Shown in pieces: positions 28,356 to 38,790 of a DNA stretch of 64,000 bases; the stretch's first letter is position 1; each line of letters begins with the position of its first letter. The position numbers were made by a program, and so were the translations under genes. The stretch is from an uncultured Verrucomicrobiae bacterium (GTDB lineage Bacteria > Verrucomicrobiota > Verrucomicrobiia > Limisphaerales > JAFGQR01). Below the pieces are notes generated by a model. That model was given only the letters and a program-made list of their open reading frames with translations. It was not told the origin of the DNA and made no database searches. The stretch is from NCBI GenBank assembly GCA_963788655.1, contig CAWBHS010000088.1, positions 1 to 64,000 of the forward strand. The letters run 5' to 3'.

Positions 28356-29453
28356 TTACTCGATCAACATCGCATCCCCGTAACTGAAGAAGCGGTAACG
28401 GCGTCGCACCGCCTCCGTGTAGGCGGCCAGGATCAAGTCACGTCCGCGCAATTCTTCCGGCGCTGCAAACGCGCTGACCAACATCAATAGCGTCGAGCGG
28501 GGCAGGTGGAAATTGGTCAGGAGCGCGTCCACGATCTGAAATTGGTGCGGCGGATAAATAAACAGTCGCGTGGTGCTCGAACCTCCGGAGAGCTGGCCAG
28601 CATTTTTCGCGACCACGCTTTCCAATACGCGCACCGAGGTGGTCCCCACTGCCACAATGCGCCGGCCTTCGCTTTTGGCTTTCGTGATGGTTGCCGCGGT
28701 GGAGTCACTCAGAGAATAGCGTTCCTCGTGCATTGGGTGCGCGGTGATCTGGGCGGTCTTGACGGGGGCGAATGTTCCCAGACCGACGTGAAGGGTCACC
28801 TGACAAACCTCGACTCCCTTGCGGCGGATCTGCTCCAGCAGTGTCTCAGTGAAGTGCAACCCGGCCGTCGGTGCCGCCACGGAACCTTGCGTGGTGGCAT
28901 AAACCGTTTGATACCGGAGATTGTCAGCTTCCAGGTCGCTTCCTGGAGCTCGCCGGATGTAAGGGGGCAGGGGAACCTCGCCCAAGCGGGACAAGGAATC
29001 CCACAAATTCGGTGTGCCTTCAAATCGCAGCCGGCGATGGCCCTCGTCATTCCTACCTGTCACAACTGCGTGGATGGGTGCGAGCGTTCCCTGATGGTTC
29101 GTTAATTGGATTCTCGTGTGCAATCGGGCTTTACGTCCCGGCCGCATCATGGCTTGCCACTCATTTGGCGCCATTTCTTCGAGCAGCAGGATTTCGAACG
29201 TAGTTCCGGTGGACGGGTTGACGCCCCACAACCGGGCGGGAATGACCTTGGAATCGTTCAACACCAACACATCTCCGGCGTGCAGGTAATCCAGGAGATC
29301 GCCGAAAGCCTGATGGGATAACTGCCCGGAAGCCCGCGAAACCACCAGTAATCGTGAGGCATCACGTTGCGGTGCCGGGTGCTGGGCAATCAATTCAGGC
29401 GGCAAATCATAATCAAACCAATCCGTGCGCACACCTGGTTCTACGTTAACCAC
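28356..29453 (-). CDS. queA: S-adenosylmethionine:tRNA ribosyltransferase-isomerase
   Basis: FDYDLPPELIAQ.P, PLPPYI, SVAAPTAGLHF, TNFHLP, FFSYGDAM. Confidence 0.97.
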   Translation of the reverse strand: MVNVEPGVRTDWFDYDLPPELIAQHPAPQRDASRLLVVSRASGQLSHQAFGDLLDYLHAGDVLVLNDSKVIPARLWGVNPSTGTTFEILLLEEMAPNEWQAMMRPGRKARLHTRIQLTNHQGTLAPIHAVVTGRNDEGHRRLRFEGTPNLWDSLSRLGEVPLPPYIRRAPGSDLEADNLRYQTVYATTQGSVAAPTAGLHFTETLLEQIRRKGVEVCQVTLHVGLGTFAPVKTAQITAHPMHEERYSLSDSTAATITKAKSEGRRIVAVGTTSVRVLESVVAKNAGQLSGGSSTTRLFIYPPHQFQIVDALLTNFHLPRSTLLMLVSAFAAPEELRGRDLILAAYTEAVRRRYRFFSYGDAMLIE

Positions 29454-29498
29454 GGTGGCAAATCAATGCTTGCAAGCGAGGCACCCAAGCGATCATTC

Positions 29499-29518
29499 TG
29501 TGAATATCTTGTGAATAA
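29499..29518 (-). promoter_or_regulatory. Two tandem DnaA-box-like sites upstream of the dcw promoter
   Basis: TGTGAATAA (29510-29518) reads TTATTCACA and fits TTWTNCACA; TGTGAATAT (29499-29507) has 1 mismatch. Confidence 0.5.
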
Positions 29519-29545
29519 CTCCAGAATTTTAGCGGCGAAAACCTG

Positions 29546-29591
29546 TTGACAAGCACTGGGAGAAAACGGTAGATAACGGGACGTATTGGGA
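29546..29591 (+). promoter_or_regulatory. mraZ promoter -35 box with 10-bp-periodic MraZ operator repeats
   Basis: TTGACA at 29546; TGGGA, CGGTA, CGGGA, TGGGA at 29557, 29567, 29577, 29587. Confidence 0.7.
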
Positions 29592-29631
29592 AATTATGTC
29601 ATGAAACGTTGGTTCAGATGAATAGGTTGCC

Positions 29632-30096
29632 ATGCCGGAAACCGAGCAAAAACCGCTGGAGTTCCACGGCCGATTCCGTCACGGAATCGACGGGAGCCGG
29701 CGGGTCATGGTGCCGGCCAAATGGCGTCCGACCGACAAGAGCACGGTGCTCAAGGCGATTCTATGGCCCATCAATGTCAACGACTACGTCCTGGTGCTGC
29801 CGCCGGAGCAATGGCGCCAGCGCATCCTGGACAAAATCAAAGACAACAAACTGTCCAATGAACGGGCGGCGATATTGGAGCGGGTCATTGGTGAAACCTC
29901 CGCCGCGCTGGAACTCGATAAGGTGGGCCGCTTCTGCCTGCCCGACAACTTGGCGCCGCCGGCGGGACTGGACAAAGAAGCCGTGTTCGTGGGTCGGGTT
30001 GACAAGTTTGAAATCTGGAGTTCCAAACGTTTTGACGCTTCCCATTCGTACAATGCAAGTCTGGCTGCCGAATATGCGAAAGAAATTGAGATATGA
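29632..30096 (+). CDS. mraZ: Transcriptional regulator MraZ
   Basis: F.G.F.H.IDG..R..VPAKW and LDKVGR..LP...FVG..DKFEIW. Confidence 0.93.
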   Translation: MPETEQKPLEFHGRFRHGIDGSRRVMVPAKWRPTDKSTVLKAILWPINVNDYVLVLPPEQWRQRILDKIKDNKLSNERAAILERVIGETSAALELDKVGRFCLPDNLAPPAGLDKEAVFVGRVDKFEIWSSKRFDASHSYNASLAAEYAKEIEI

Positions 30097-30656
30097 GCCT
30101 GTTAAATCTACTTTCCGTGGGTAACAGTTTCTCCACCATTGAGGATCATCCAAACCGCTTCAAAATGTTGCGGGAAAACCTCCTCCCCCACTTCGGCGAC
30201 CTCGAAGTGGACGAGGCAAACGACGCGTCCGCCCAGACGCATGGTAATCATTGCCATGGGTGCATAGCGGAGGCCGGATTGACTTCCGCACGCGAGTTGT
30301 CCGAGGCAACTGCCAACCTCCCGGAAGGTGCCCGATCCGCGGCGAAATCTGAGGCGAATTCCCCTGCGAATCCGATGAACGCGTATCCCCAGGGGCGTTG
30401 GACCACGAAACGGACGTTCTTCATTACTGGAAAAGCCTCCGCGCCAACCGAAGCGCAACCCGTGCAGTGCGAACTGCCGTGGGAGGACATTCCCGTCATG
30501 CGCAACGATTTGAATGAAACCGATGTTGAGGTCGTTCAGGCGGCGCGCCAACCGGCTTCGGCCGAATCCAGTAAGCCGGTTCCCTCCGAACCATCCCGGT
30601 CGGGCCGGATGTTGGGCCGGCTCCGTGGCCGCTTGTTTCCGGTGGAGAAACTATGA
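30093..30656 (+). CDS. Hypothetical protein between mraZ and rsmH
   Basis: 187-aa ORF with ATGA coupling to mraZ; PVQCELPWEDIPVMRNDLNETDVEVV in an otherwise low-complexity chain. Confidence 0.7.
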   Translation: MSLLNLLSVGNSFSTIEDHPNRFKMLRENLLPHFGDLEVDEANDASAQTHGNHCHGCIAEAGLTSARELSEATANLPEGARSAAKSEANSPANPMNAYPQGRWTTKRTFFITGKASAPTEAQPVQCELPWEDIPVMRNDLNETDVEVVQAARQPASAESSKPVPSEPSRSGRMLGRLRGRLFPVEKL

Positions 30657-30676
30657 ACCGGCGCAAGCCATGAGAA

Positions 30677-31607
30677 GTGGCCGCATACGTCCACAAGCCG
30701 GGACCTGGTGGCCGAAATATTGGCCGCGCTGCGGGTGTGCCCGGGCGGTCGCTGGGTGGACGGCACCCTGGGAAGCGGATCTTTAGCTGCGTCCATTCTC
30801 TCCGCGAGCAGTCCGAAGGGATGGCTGTGGGGCTGCGATCGCGATGGCGCGGCGATTGAGGCGGCGGGGCAACGGTTGGCGGAGTTCGCCGGGCGGTTTG
30901 AACTTCGCCGCGGCAATTTTGCAGAGTTGGCGGAATGGCTGGAGCCCGGCGGCAGCGATGGGGTGGTGTTCGATTTGGGAGTTAGTTCGCCGCAGTTGGA
31001 TCAGCCGGAACGTGGGTTCAGTTTCCAGCACGATGCCCCGCTGGATATGCGGATGGATGACCGGCAACCGTTGACCGCCGCCCAAGTGATCAACGAGTGG
31101 GGCGAAGCAGAGTTGGCGCGCATTTTCTGGGAGTACGGGGATGAGCCTCAGGCGCGCCGAATGGCCCGGGCGATTGTGCGGGAGCGGCAGACGCACCGGT
31201 TGGAAACGACCGGGCAGTTGGCCGGATTGATCGAACGGGTGGCGCCGCGGCAGGGCCGGAAACGGCACCCGGCCACGAAGGTTTTTTTGGCCGTGCGCAT
31301 GACAGTTAATTTTGAGGAAAAGTCGCTGCGAAGCGGACTTGCGGCAGCTTGCACTGTTTTAAAACACGGTGGGCGCCTGGCGGTGGTCACGTTCCATTCG
31401 TACGAAGACCGGCTGGTCAAAGTGTTCGGCCGCGAGCAAACACGCGATTATACGTTTGCGGGGGAAGTCGATGTGCCGGAATTGCGCGTCCCCCGCGTCC
31501 CGCTATTGAAATGGGTGCAGCGCAAGGCGATTCGTCCCGGTGACCAAGAGGTCACGGAAAATCCCCGGGCGCGCAGCGCGCAACTACGAGTGTTGGAGAA
31601 ACTTTAA
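30677..31607 (+). CDS. rsmH: 16S rRNA m4C1402 methyltransferase, apparent indel near 30700
   Basis: YVHKP / DGTLG.G, DLGVSSPQLD..ERGFSF, PLDMRMD, TFHSYEDR, NPRARSA.LR. Confidence 0.95.
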
Positions 31608-31610
31608 AAA

Positions 31611-31982
31611 ATGGCCCGCAATCGAGGTCGAAACCAGTCAGGCGCCATCCGGTTCGTACCGGCGTTGAAAGCGTTCATGCTCTGCCTGCTGTTGGGCGGC
31701 ACTGCGGTAGGTTACGTGGCGCAGAAGAACAAAATTTACGAATTGGGCCGGCAGATCACGGCCCGGGAAGAGCGATTGCGCCAGTTGAAGAAACACAATG
31801 AAATGCGCGCCAGTTATCTGGCCAACATGCAATTGCCGCAGACCATTGCCGAACGCGTCAAGGAATTGCACCTCGGCTTGTATCCACCGCAGCCCGGCCA
31901 GGTCGTCTGGCTGGCCGAACCGGCCCCGGCGACCCCCACCAACGCTGCGCCCCCGGTGCTGGTAGCCCGGCAAAACCAATAA
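31611..31982 (+). CDS. ftsL: Cell division protein FtsL-like
   Basis: Single TM followed by a coiled coil; position between rsmH and ftsI. Confidence 0.75.
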   Translation: MARNRGRNQSGAIRFVPALKAFMLCLLLGGTAVGYVAQKNKIYELGRQITAREERLRQLKKHNEMRASYLANMQLPQTIAERVKELHLGLYPPQPGQVVWLAEPAPATPTNAAPPVLVARQNQ

Positions 31983-32070
31983 TTAAACCGCCGCCTCGTC
32001 AGCCGTTGGTGAGGAGCCCAACGGCGCGGGGCGGTCGGCTGTCATCAGTCGTCACCAACGCGATCCATTT

Positions 32071-33972
32071 ATGAACCAGGCCCGACAATCTCGTCGCTGG
32101 TGGATTCCCACACTGCTGGTATTCCTGGCCTTTATTGGCCTGGGGGGGCGGCTGTCCTACCTGCAGGTTTATGACTACGCCAAGTGGAAATACCGGGCGG
32201 AGCTTAATACCGAACGATTGTTCCTGATGGAGCCCCGCCGGGGCGAGATCCTGGACGCCAACGGGAATCCCCTGACGACCAGCGTATCGATCAAGCGTGT
32301 GTTTGCCAATCCACGGTTCATTGGGCCGTATTACGCCGAAGTGGCCCAAGTGCTGGCACCCTTGGTCGGTTGGGATCAACGAGAATTGACGGAACGGTTG
32401 CGTCCCTTTGTTTGCGGCACCAATGACGCCGGCCAACCGATCACCAACGCCTACGTGAATTTGCGGCGCAAAGTTAGTTTCGAAACGTGGCAGCAGGTGA
32501 CGCAAGCGATGACCCAGTTGACCCATTACCTGGTGCAGCAGGCGGGTGACCGCGAATTGAATTCAAAGGAAAAGACATTTTATCGGGCCCTGCGGAAGTC
32601 CGCCATTTACGCCGTGGACGATTTCCAGCGGGAGTACACGTGCAACCGGCTCGCTTCGCACGTCATCGGGTTTGCCCAAGATCACGAGATCGAGTTCAAT
32701 CGCAAGACGGTGTTCGAAATCGTGGGGCGTGACGGCATTGAAGCCTGGTTCGACAACAAACTCACCGGGGTCCGCGGCTGGCGGCAGACGGAGACGGACA
32801 ACAATCGTCACGAGCTGCTGGTGTATCGCGACGTGTACCTCGAGCCCAAGCCGGGGCTGAATGTCGAGTTGACGCTCGACATGATCATTCAACAATTTGT
32901 CGAACAAGGACTGGCGGAAGCCGTGAAGCAGCACACGCCGGAAAGCGCTTCAGCCATTGTCGTGCGCCCGCGCACGGGGGAGATCCTGGCCCTGGCCACG
33001 TTGCCGAATTATGATCCCAACCGCCCCGGGGACGTGCCGTTGGCCGACCTGCGCAACCGGGTGATCAGCGACCTCATCGAGCCGGGATCAACCTTCAAAG
33101 TCGTGACCATTTCCGCGGCGCTGGACGAGGGCGCCGTGACGTTGGACGACGTGTTTGATTGCGAACGGGGACGCTGGACGTACATGAGAAAAGTGCTCCA
33201 AGACCACGGCCGCTACGACCTCCTGCCGGTGCGAAAGATCCTCTCCAAATCGTCGAACATCGGCGCCGCCAAAGTCGCCCTCAAATTGGGCGAAGCGCGT
33301 TTATATGATTACACGCGGCGTTATGGCTTTGGCGAGAAGACCGGCATCCCGCTTGGCGGTGAAGTCCGTGGCATTGTGCATGCCCCGAGCAATCGCGACC
33401 GGCTCCGCGTCACGCGCGTCGCCATGGGGCAGGCAATTTCCGTGACCGAATTGCAGATGGTCATGGCAGTGAGCGCGATTGCCAACCGCGGGGTGTTGAT
33501 GCAGCCACTGTTGGTGAAAGGACTGCGCGACCAGCACGGCCAATACGTGACCCGTTACGAACCGCAGGTGGTGCGGCGAGTGATTCGCGAGAGCACTGCC
33601 CGCCAAATGGTGGATGCGATGAAAGACGTCGTGGGCCCCGACGGCACGGCGCCCAAAGCGGCCCTGGCGCATTACACGGTGGCGGGTAAAACCGGTACGG
33701 CTGAAGTCGCGCGCAACGGACGTTACGTTGATGGCGAATATGTGGGATCCTTCATCGGCTTCTTTCCCGCGGACAACCCGGAAATCTGTCTGGCGGTGAC
33801 GCTGGTCAAACCGCACAACGGTTATTACGGCGGCCAAGTGGCAGCACCGTTCTGGCAACAGATGGCCGAGCAAATCGCCCAGTACTTGAAAATTCAGCCG
33901 GATCGGGAGCCGGAAATCGAGCCCAAACCGGACTTGAAATCCGGACCCAAACTGGCCCACGCCGAGCCGTGA
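32071..33972 (+). CDS. ftsI: Peptidoglycan transpeptidase FtsI/PBP3
   Basis: RGEILD.NG, EPGSTFK (SxxK), KSSN (SxN), GKTGTA. Confidence 0.95.
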   Translation: MNQARQSRRWWIPTLLVFLAFIGLGGRLSYLQVYDYAKWKYRAELNTERLFLMEPRRGEILDANGNPLTTSVSIKRVFANPRFIGPYYAEVAQVLAPLVGWDQRELTERLRPFVCGTNDAGQPITNAYVNLRRKVSFETWQQVTQAMTQLTHYLVQQAGDRELNSKEKTFYRALRKSAIYAVDDFQREYTCNRLASHVIGFAQDHEIEFNRKTVFEIVGRDGIEAWFDNKLTGVRGWRQTETDNNRHELLVYRDVYLEPKPGLNVELTLDMIIQQFVEQGLAEAVKQHTPESASAIVVRPRTGEILALATLPNYDPNRPGDVPLADLRNRVISDLIEPGSTFKVVTISAALDEGAVTLDDVFDCERGRWTYMRKVLQDHGRYDLLPVRKILSKSSNIGAAKVALKLGEARLYDYTRRYGFGEKTGIPLGGEVRGIVHAPSNRDRLRVTRVAMGQAISVTELQMVMAVSAIANRGVLMQPLLVKGLRDQHGQYVTRYEPQVVRRVIRESTARQMVDAMKDVVGPDGTAPKAALAHYTVAGKTGTAEVARNGRYVDGEYVGSFIGFFPADNPEICLAVTLVKPHNGYYGGQVAAPFWQQMAEQIAQYLKIQPDREPEIEPKPDLKSGPKLAHAEP

Positions 33973-34000
33973 ACCAAGCGGACAATACCAAGGAGCGGTC

Positions 34001-35494
34001 ATGTTGTTGAAAGAACTCGTCCAATCGCTGCCGGAGGCGAAAGTGGAGGGAGCGCTGGACCGCGAGGTGGCCGGCATTGCTTATGATTCGCGCCGGGTCG
34101 TGCCGGGAATGGTCTTCGTCGCCGTGCGCGGCCAGCGCGTGGATGGACATGACTTTATTGTCCCGGCGGTGGACCGGGGCGCGGTGGCGGTGATTTGCGA
34201 ACGGAATGGCGTGCTCAAAACCCGGGCCACAAAAATTCAAGTGCCCGATTCGCGGGAAGCCCTGGCGCGGGTGGCCATGACGTTTTATCAGCATCCGAGT
34301 TCCCGGTTGAAAATCATTGGCGTCACCGGCACGAACGGCAAGACGGTGGTGGCCTTCATGGTGAAACAGGTGCTCGAAACCGCCGGCCTCAAAACCGGAT
34401 TGATTGGCACGGTTCACTACGAAGTGGGCGATCGCATCATCCCGGCGCAACGCACGACGCCGGAGTCGTTGGAATTGCAGCAGACTCTGGCCCAGATCGC
34501 GAAGGCGGGATGTCAGGCGTGCGTGTTGGAAGTCACGTCGCACGGACTGGATCAGAAGCGCGTGTTGGGAATCGAGTTCGACGTGGCCATTTTTACCAAC
34601 CTCACCCACGACCATATCGATTATCACGGATCGATGGAGGATTACTTCCGCACCAAACAGCTCCTGTTCGCGGCGCTGGGGCGGGGGGGCAAGCGCGGCA
34701 CGGCGGTGATTAACATCGACGACACGTATGGTGCGCGATTGGCCGAAGCGAAGCACGCCGAAGTGCAGCTCACTTACGGCTTGCAGCGCAAAGCGACGTT
34801 GCGCGCTTCGGAGATCCAGTTGAATGGGGAAGGTTCGCAGTTTCAGGTGGAAACGCCGAAGGGCTCGTTTGCGTGCCGTTTGCCGCTGATCGGCCGGCAC
34901 AATGTTTACAATGCCCTGGCGGCGGTCGGCGCCGGCTTTGCCTTGAATGCTGAGGAAGGAATCATTCAAACAGCGCTCAACGACATGCCGGCCGTGCCGG
35001 GGCGATTGGAAGCCATCGCCGGCGGCCAACCGTTTGCGGTATTTGTCGATTACGCGCACACGGATGATGCGCTGAAGAATGTGCTGGCGTCCTTGCGGGA
35101 AGTGACGGGCGGCCGCTTGTTGTTGTTGTTTGGTTGTGGTGGCGGACGCGATGCCCGCAAACGTCCATTGATGGGAAAAGTGGCGGCGGAACTGGCCGAC
35201 TTCACGCTCATTACGAGCGACAATCCTAGGCAGGAAGATCCCGCGGAGATCGCCGGCCAGATTGAGGCAGGTTACCGGTCGGTCAAAACCGACAGTTACG
35301 AAATTGAACTGGACCGTCAGCGGGCTATTCAACAAATCCTCGGGTCCGCCCGCGCCGGCGACACTGTGTTGCTGGCGGGCAAAGGTCACGAAACCTACCA
35401 GGAATTTGAGAACACCGTGGTGCCGTTTGATGACCGGGTGATTGCCCAGGAAGCGTTGGAGAGCTTGGGATTTGCCGGATCGTCCGAGTTTTGA
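34001..35494 (+). CDS. murE: UDP-MurNAc-dipeptide:meso-DAP ligase
   Basis: GVTGTNGKT, TTPE, FTNLTHDH.DYH, VDYAHT, SDNPR (DAP-type), AGKGHE. Confidence 0.96.
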   Translation: MLLKELVQSLPEAKVEGALDREVAGIAYDSRRVVPGMVFVAVRGQRVDGHDFIVPAVDRGAVAVICERNGVLKTRATKIQVPDSREALARVAMTFYQHPSSRLKIIGVTGTNGKTVVAFMVKQVLETAGLKTGLIGTVHYEVGDRIIPAQRTTPESLELQQTLAQIAKAGCQACVLEVTSHGLDQKRVLGIEFDVAIFTNLTHDHIDYHGSMEDYFRTKQLLFAALGRGGKRGTAVINIDDTYGARLAEAKHAEVQLTYGLQRKATLRASEIQLNGEGSQFQVETPKGSFACRLPLIGRHNVYNALAAVGAGFALNAEEGIIQTALNDMPAVPGRLEAIAGGQPFAVFVDYAHTDDALKNVLASLREVTGGRLLLLFGCGGGRDARKRPLMGKVAAELADFTLITSDNPRQEDPAEIAGQIEAGYRSVKTDSYEIELDRQRAIQQILGSARAGDTVLLAGKGHETYQEFENTVVPFDDRVIAQEALESLGFAGSSEF

Positions 35495-35632
35495 CCGGTT
35501 GACGCCCATCAGATCCGTGGCCTGAACCGGGACGCCAAAACGAGATTTTCCAGCCGGCTCACAACGGTTTCGCGCTTCAACTCTTTAACGCTTCAGCCCT
35601 TCAACTTTTCAACGAAGCGTAGCAATTGGTGA

Positions 35633-37030
35633 ATGGAACCCCGCTCGCTAAAGTTCATTGCGGAGGCGTGCGCTGCCGATGTCCGGTCTGGCTCGTTGGA
35701 CACGGTGGTTTCCCGCGTCTGCACCGATTCCCGGCAACTCCAGCGCGGCGATTTGTTTTTTGCGCTTAAGGGCGAGCGGTTTGACGGTCATGACTATGTG
35801 GTGGACGTGGCGCGGCAAGGAGCCGCTGCGGTGGTTGTGGAGCCGGACAAAGCTCCACTTCTGGAATGTCTGCCGCCCCAAGTCGGCTTTTTCGCCGTGG
35901 CCAACTGTCGGGCCGCGCTCGGGGCCTTGGCAACTCGCTATCGGGCGGATTTCCGTTTGGCGATGATTGCGGTCGGCGGGTCGAACGGCAAAACCACGAC
36001 CAAGGAACTGCTGGCCTCCGTGTTGCGCCAGCGTTTCAACACCTTGTGGAGCCAGGCCAGTTTCAACAACGACATTGGCGTGCCGTTGACCTTGCTGCAA
36101 CTCGACCGTTCCCATCAGGCGGCGGTGGTGGAGGTGGGCACCAATCATCCGGGCGAACTACCGCCGCTGGTGCGTATGGTTCAGCCCCAATACGGCGTGC
36201 TGACCAACATCGGGCATGAGCATCTCGAGTTCTTCCACGATCTGGCCGGCGTGGCGCAGGAGGAAGGCTGGCTGGCCGAACTGTTGCCTGCTTTTGGCAG
36301 ACTCTTTCTCAATGGCGATGAAGAATGGTTGCCCGCCATCGTCAAACGCACACAAGCCAGCGTGGTAACCGCCGGTTTGGGGGCGCGCAATGACTGGCGC
36401 GCCGGTAATGTTTGGGTCGGAGAGGAAGGTGTGAAGTTTGAGGTCAACGCACCGCGCCCGGAATACTCCGGAGCCTACCAGATCCGGCTCCTGGGGCGGC
36501 ACCAAGTTTCGAATGCACTCCTCGCCCTCGCGGTGGGGACGGAACTTGGTGTCCCCCCGGAGCTGGTGCGCCGCGGCCTCGCCGAATGCGCGCCGCTCAA
36601 GTTGCGGTTGCAAATTAAGCACTGCGGCGGTGTGGGCGTGTTGAACGATGCCTACAACGCGAATGCTGATTCGATGCGGGCGGCCTTGGAAACCTTGCGA
36701 GATTTGCCCTGCAACGGACGGCGCGTGGCGGTGCTGGGGGACATGGCGGAACTGGGTTCCAGCACCGCTCAAGCCCATCGGGAAGTGGGTCAGCGCGCGG
36801 CGGAATTGGGAATCGACCGGCTCTTGGCCGTGGGCACTTGGGCCCAGGAAACCGCCGAAGCCGCCCGCCGGGCGGGAATGAATGAGGTATTCGCCTGGGC
36901 CGATGTACCGGTAGCGGTTGGTGCGATCGTGGAACTGGTGAAACCCGGTGACATGGTGCTGATCAAGGCCTCCCGGGCGGCGGGATTGGATCGGATTGCC
37001 GAAGCGGTTTGTCGTGGCGCATCCAACTGA
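35633..37030 (+). CDS. murF: UDP-MurNAc-tripeptide:D-Ala-D-Ala ligase
   Basis: GSNGKTTTKE, NNDIGVPLTL, NDAYNAN, LGDMAELG, KASR. Confidence 0.96.
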   Translation: MEPRSLKFIAEACAADVRSGSLDTVVSRVCTDSRQLQRGDLFFALKGERFDGHDYVVDVARQGAAAVVVEPDKAPLLECLPPQVGFFAVANCRAALGALATRYRADFRLAMIAVGGSNGKTTTKELLASVLRQRFNTLWSQASFNNDIGVPLTLLQLDRSHQAAVVEVGTNHPGELPPLVRMVQPQYGVLTNIGHEHLEFFHDLAGVAQEEGWLAELLPAFGRLFLNGDEEWLPAIVKRTQASVVTAGLGARNDWRAGNVWVGEEGVKFEVNAPRPEYSGAYQIRLLGRHQVSNALLALAVGTELGVPPELVRRGLAECAPLKLRLQIKHCGGVGVLNDAYNANADSMRAALETLRDLPCNGRRVAVLGDMAELGSSTAQAHREVGQRAAELGIDRLLAVGTWAQETAEAARRAGMNEVFAWADVPVAVGAIVELVKPGDMVLIKASRAAGLDRIAEAVCRGASN

Positions 37031-37234
37031 AATACTGCGATGAAGACGACAGCTAAAATGAATCGATCACTGCCGGCCGCAGTGGGAGCGAAGACGTCCG
37101 GCTGCTCCGTTTGCCGGGCATATACTTCACGGCGCAGCCGGGTTTGGCCCAGTTTCCTGGTGCGGCTGATTGGCGAAGAGCGAGTCCGCCGTTTGCCGGC
37201 CGAGCCGTTCATGCTGCCACGCCACGATTAGCGG

Positions 37235-38386
37235 ATGATTTTTTACTGGAGCCAATACGCGTTGGATATGGCGCACGGCACGGTATGGGAGGACCAGCTT
37301 TCATTCCTGCGGCTGTTCCGCTACATCACCGTCCGTAGCGCCGGTGCCGCGGTGACGGCGCTGGTGCTGTGCTGGTGGCTTGGCCCCAAGGTCATCACTT
37401 GGTTGAAACGGCTGAAGTTCGGTCAGGAATACCAGGATCGGGCGGAGGAAACGGGCTTCTTTACCCGTCCCGGCTCGAAAAAGGGCACGCCGACCATGGG
37501 CGGCATTCTGATCGTGGCGGCCATGGATTTCACCGCCTTGCTTTGGGCGCAATGGAATTTGCTGGTGCTGTTGACTTTGCTCTCGGTGGTTGTCTTGTGC
37601 GGCCTGGGTTTTTACGACGATTGGGCCAAGATCACCAAGCAGACCAGTTCCGGCGTGGCCGAGTGTGTCAAGCTGGCGGTGCAATTTGCGCTGGCCGGAT
37701 TTATCGCGGTTTACTTGTGGCAGGTGCCGTCAACCAACGAGTTGATCCGCGAGTTCATGGTGCCGTTTTACAAGCATCCGGTGGCGGCGGGCTCGTTGGG
37801 CGTTGCCCTGGGACTGATCATTACCGTGTTAACGATTGTCGGCAGTTCGAACGCCGTCAATTTAACCGATGGTCTGGATGGTCTGGCGGTCGGTTGCACG
37901 TTGATCGTCTCGTTTGTTTTTGTGGTGCTGACTTACGTGGCCGGCAATGCCGTGCTGGCGGGCTACCTCAACGTGCCATTCGTGCGCGGGGCTGGAGAAT
38001 TGAGCGTGTTTTGCGCGGCCATGATCGGGGCCGGTCTGGGCTTTTTGTGGTTTAACTGTCACCCGGCACAGGTGTTTATGGGGGATACGGGATCGTTGGC
38101 ATTGGGCGGGGCGTTGGGAATTATTGCCGTGTTGATTCATCAACCGCTGGTGCTGGTGATTGCGGGGGGCGTCTTTGTGGCGGAGGCGGTTTCGGTGATT
38201 CTCCAACGCGGTTATTTCAAATATACGCGCCTGCGGTACGGGCAGGGACGCCGGATTTTTCTGATGGCGCCGTTACACCACCACTTTGAGAGCAAGGGCT
38301 GGCATGAATCCCAGGTGGTGACGCGGTTTTACATTTTGGGCATTCTGTGCGGCGTCATTGCCTTGAGCACGTTGAAGATTCGCTGA
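37235..38386 (+). CDS. mraY: Phospho-MurNAc-pentapeptide transferase
   Basis: KKGTPTMGG, NAVNLTDGLDGL, FMGDTGSLALG, MAPLHHHFE. Confidence 0.97.
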   Translation: MIFYWSQYALDMAHGTVWEDQLSFLRLFRYITVRSAGAAVTALVLCWWLGPKVITWLKRLKFGQEYQDRAEETGFFTRPGSKKGTPTMGGILIVAAMDFTALLWAQWNLLVLLTLLSVVVLCGLGFYDDWAKITKQTSSGVAECVKLAVQFALAGFIAVYLWQVPSTNELIREFMVPFYKHPVAAGSLGVALGLIITVLTIVGSSNAVNLTDGLDGLAVGCTLIVSFVFVVLTYVAGNAVLAGYLNVPFVRGAGELSVFCAAMIGAGLGFLWFNCHPAQVFMGDTGSLALGGALGIIAVLIHQPLVLVIAGGVFVAEAVSVILQRGYFKYTRLRYGQGRRIFLMAPLHHHFESKGWHESQVVTRFYILGILCGVIALSTLKIR

Positions 38387-38509
38387 GTTGGCGTCGAGTA
38401 CGTCCTGTGCGCCGGTAACCCACTTGGGATCTGACGCGAGGCGCTTCATTCTTTGGCCAGACCGGAAACGCAGAGATGCTTAACGCCGTCTCCTACAGCT
38501 CAGATTTGA

Positions 38510-38790
38510 CCGCCAGTTCAGCGGGCTGCCGAATGGCCCGTATCATGCTGAAAATCGAGGGTTGAAGTGGTATTCGACGCGAGTATGTTGCCGACACGAA
38601 CCAATTTTAGCAAACTAGTGCGCACGGAAGCTTTTGCTCCTTGCACGCATGCGGATTCATTGTTAGAAGCATTGACACGGTGCAACAAACGCTTTAGCCG
38701 CTGGCCCAAGCGAATCATGGGAACCCTCTCCAACGAGCGGCACGCGTTCGACAGTTTGGACTGCCGGACGGTTTTTAGCGTCAGGATTAA
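38510..38790 (+). pseudogene. Possible highly decayed remnant of the murD C-terminal domain
   Basis: At the syntenic murD position: FSGLPNGPYHAENRGLKWY, then PCTHADSLLEAL and LS.....FD. These weakly resemble MurD F.GLPHR...E..GV.W, SL.EAV and LSPA..SFD. Confidence 0.4.

Noticed and set aside
33806..35509. Long antisense ORFs (for example 567 aa opposite murE, 413 aa opposite yidC, 419 aa opposite mlaE)
   Set aside because: These are shadow ORFs typical of high-GC codon usage opposite well-supported genes.
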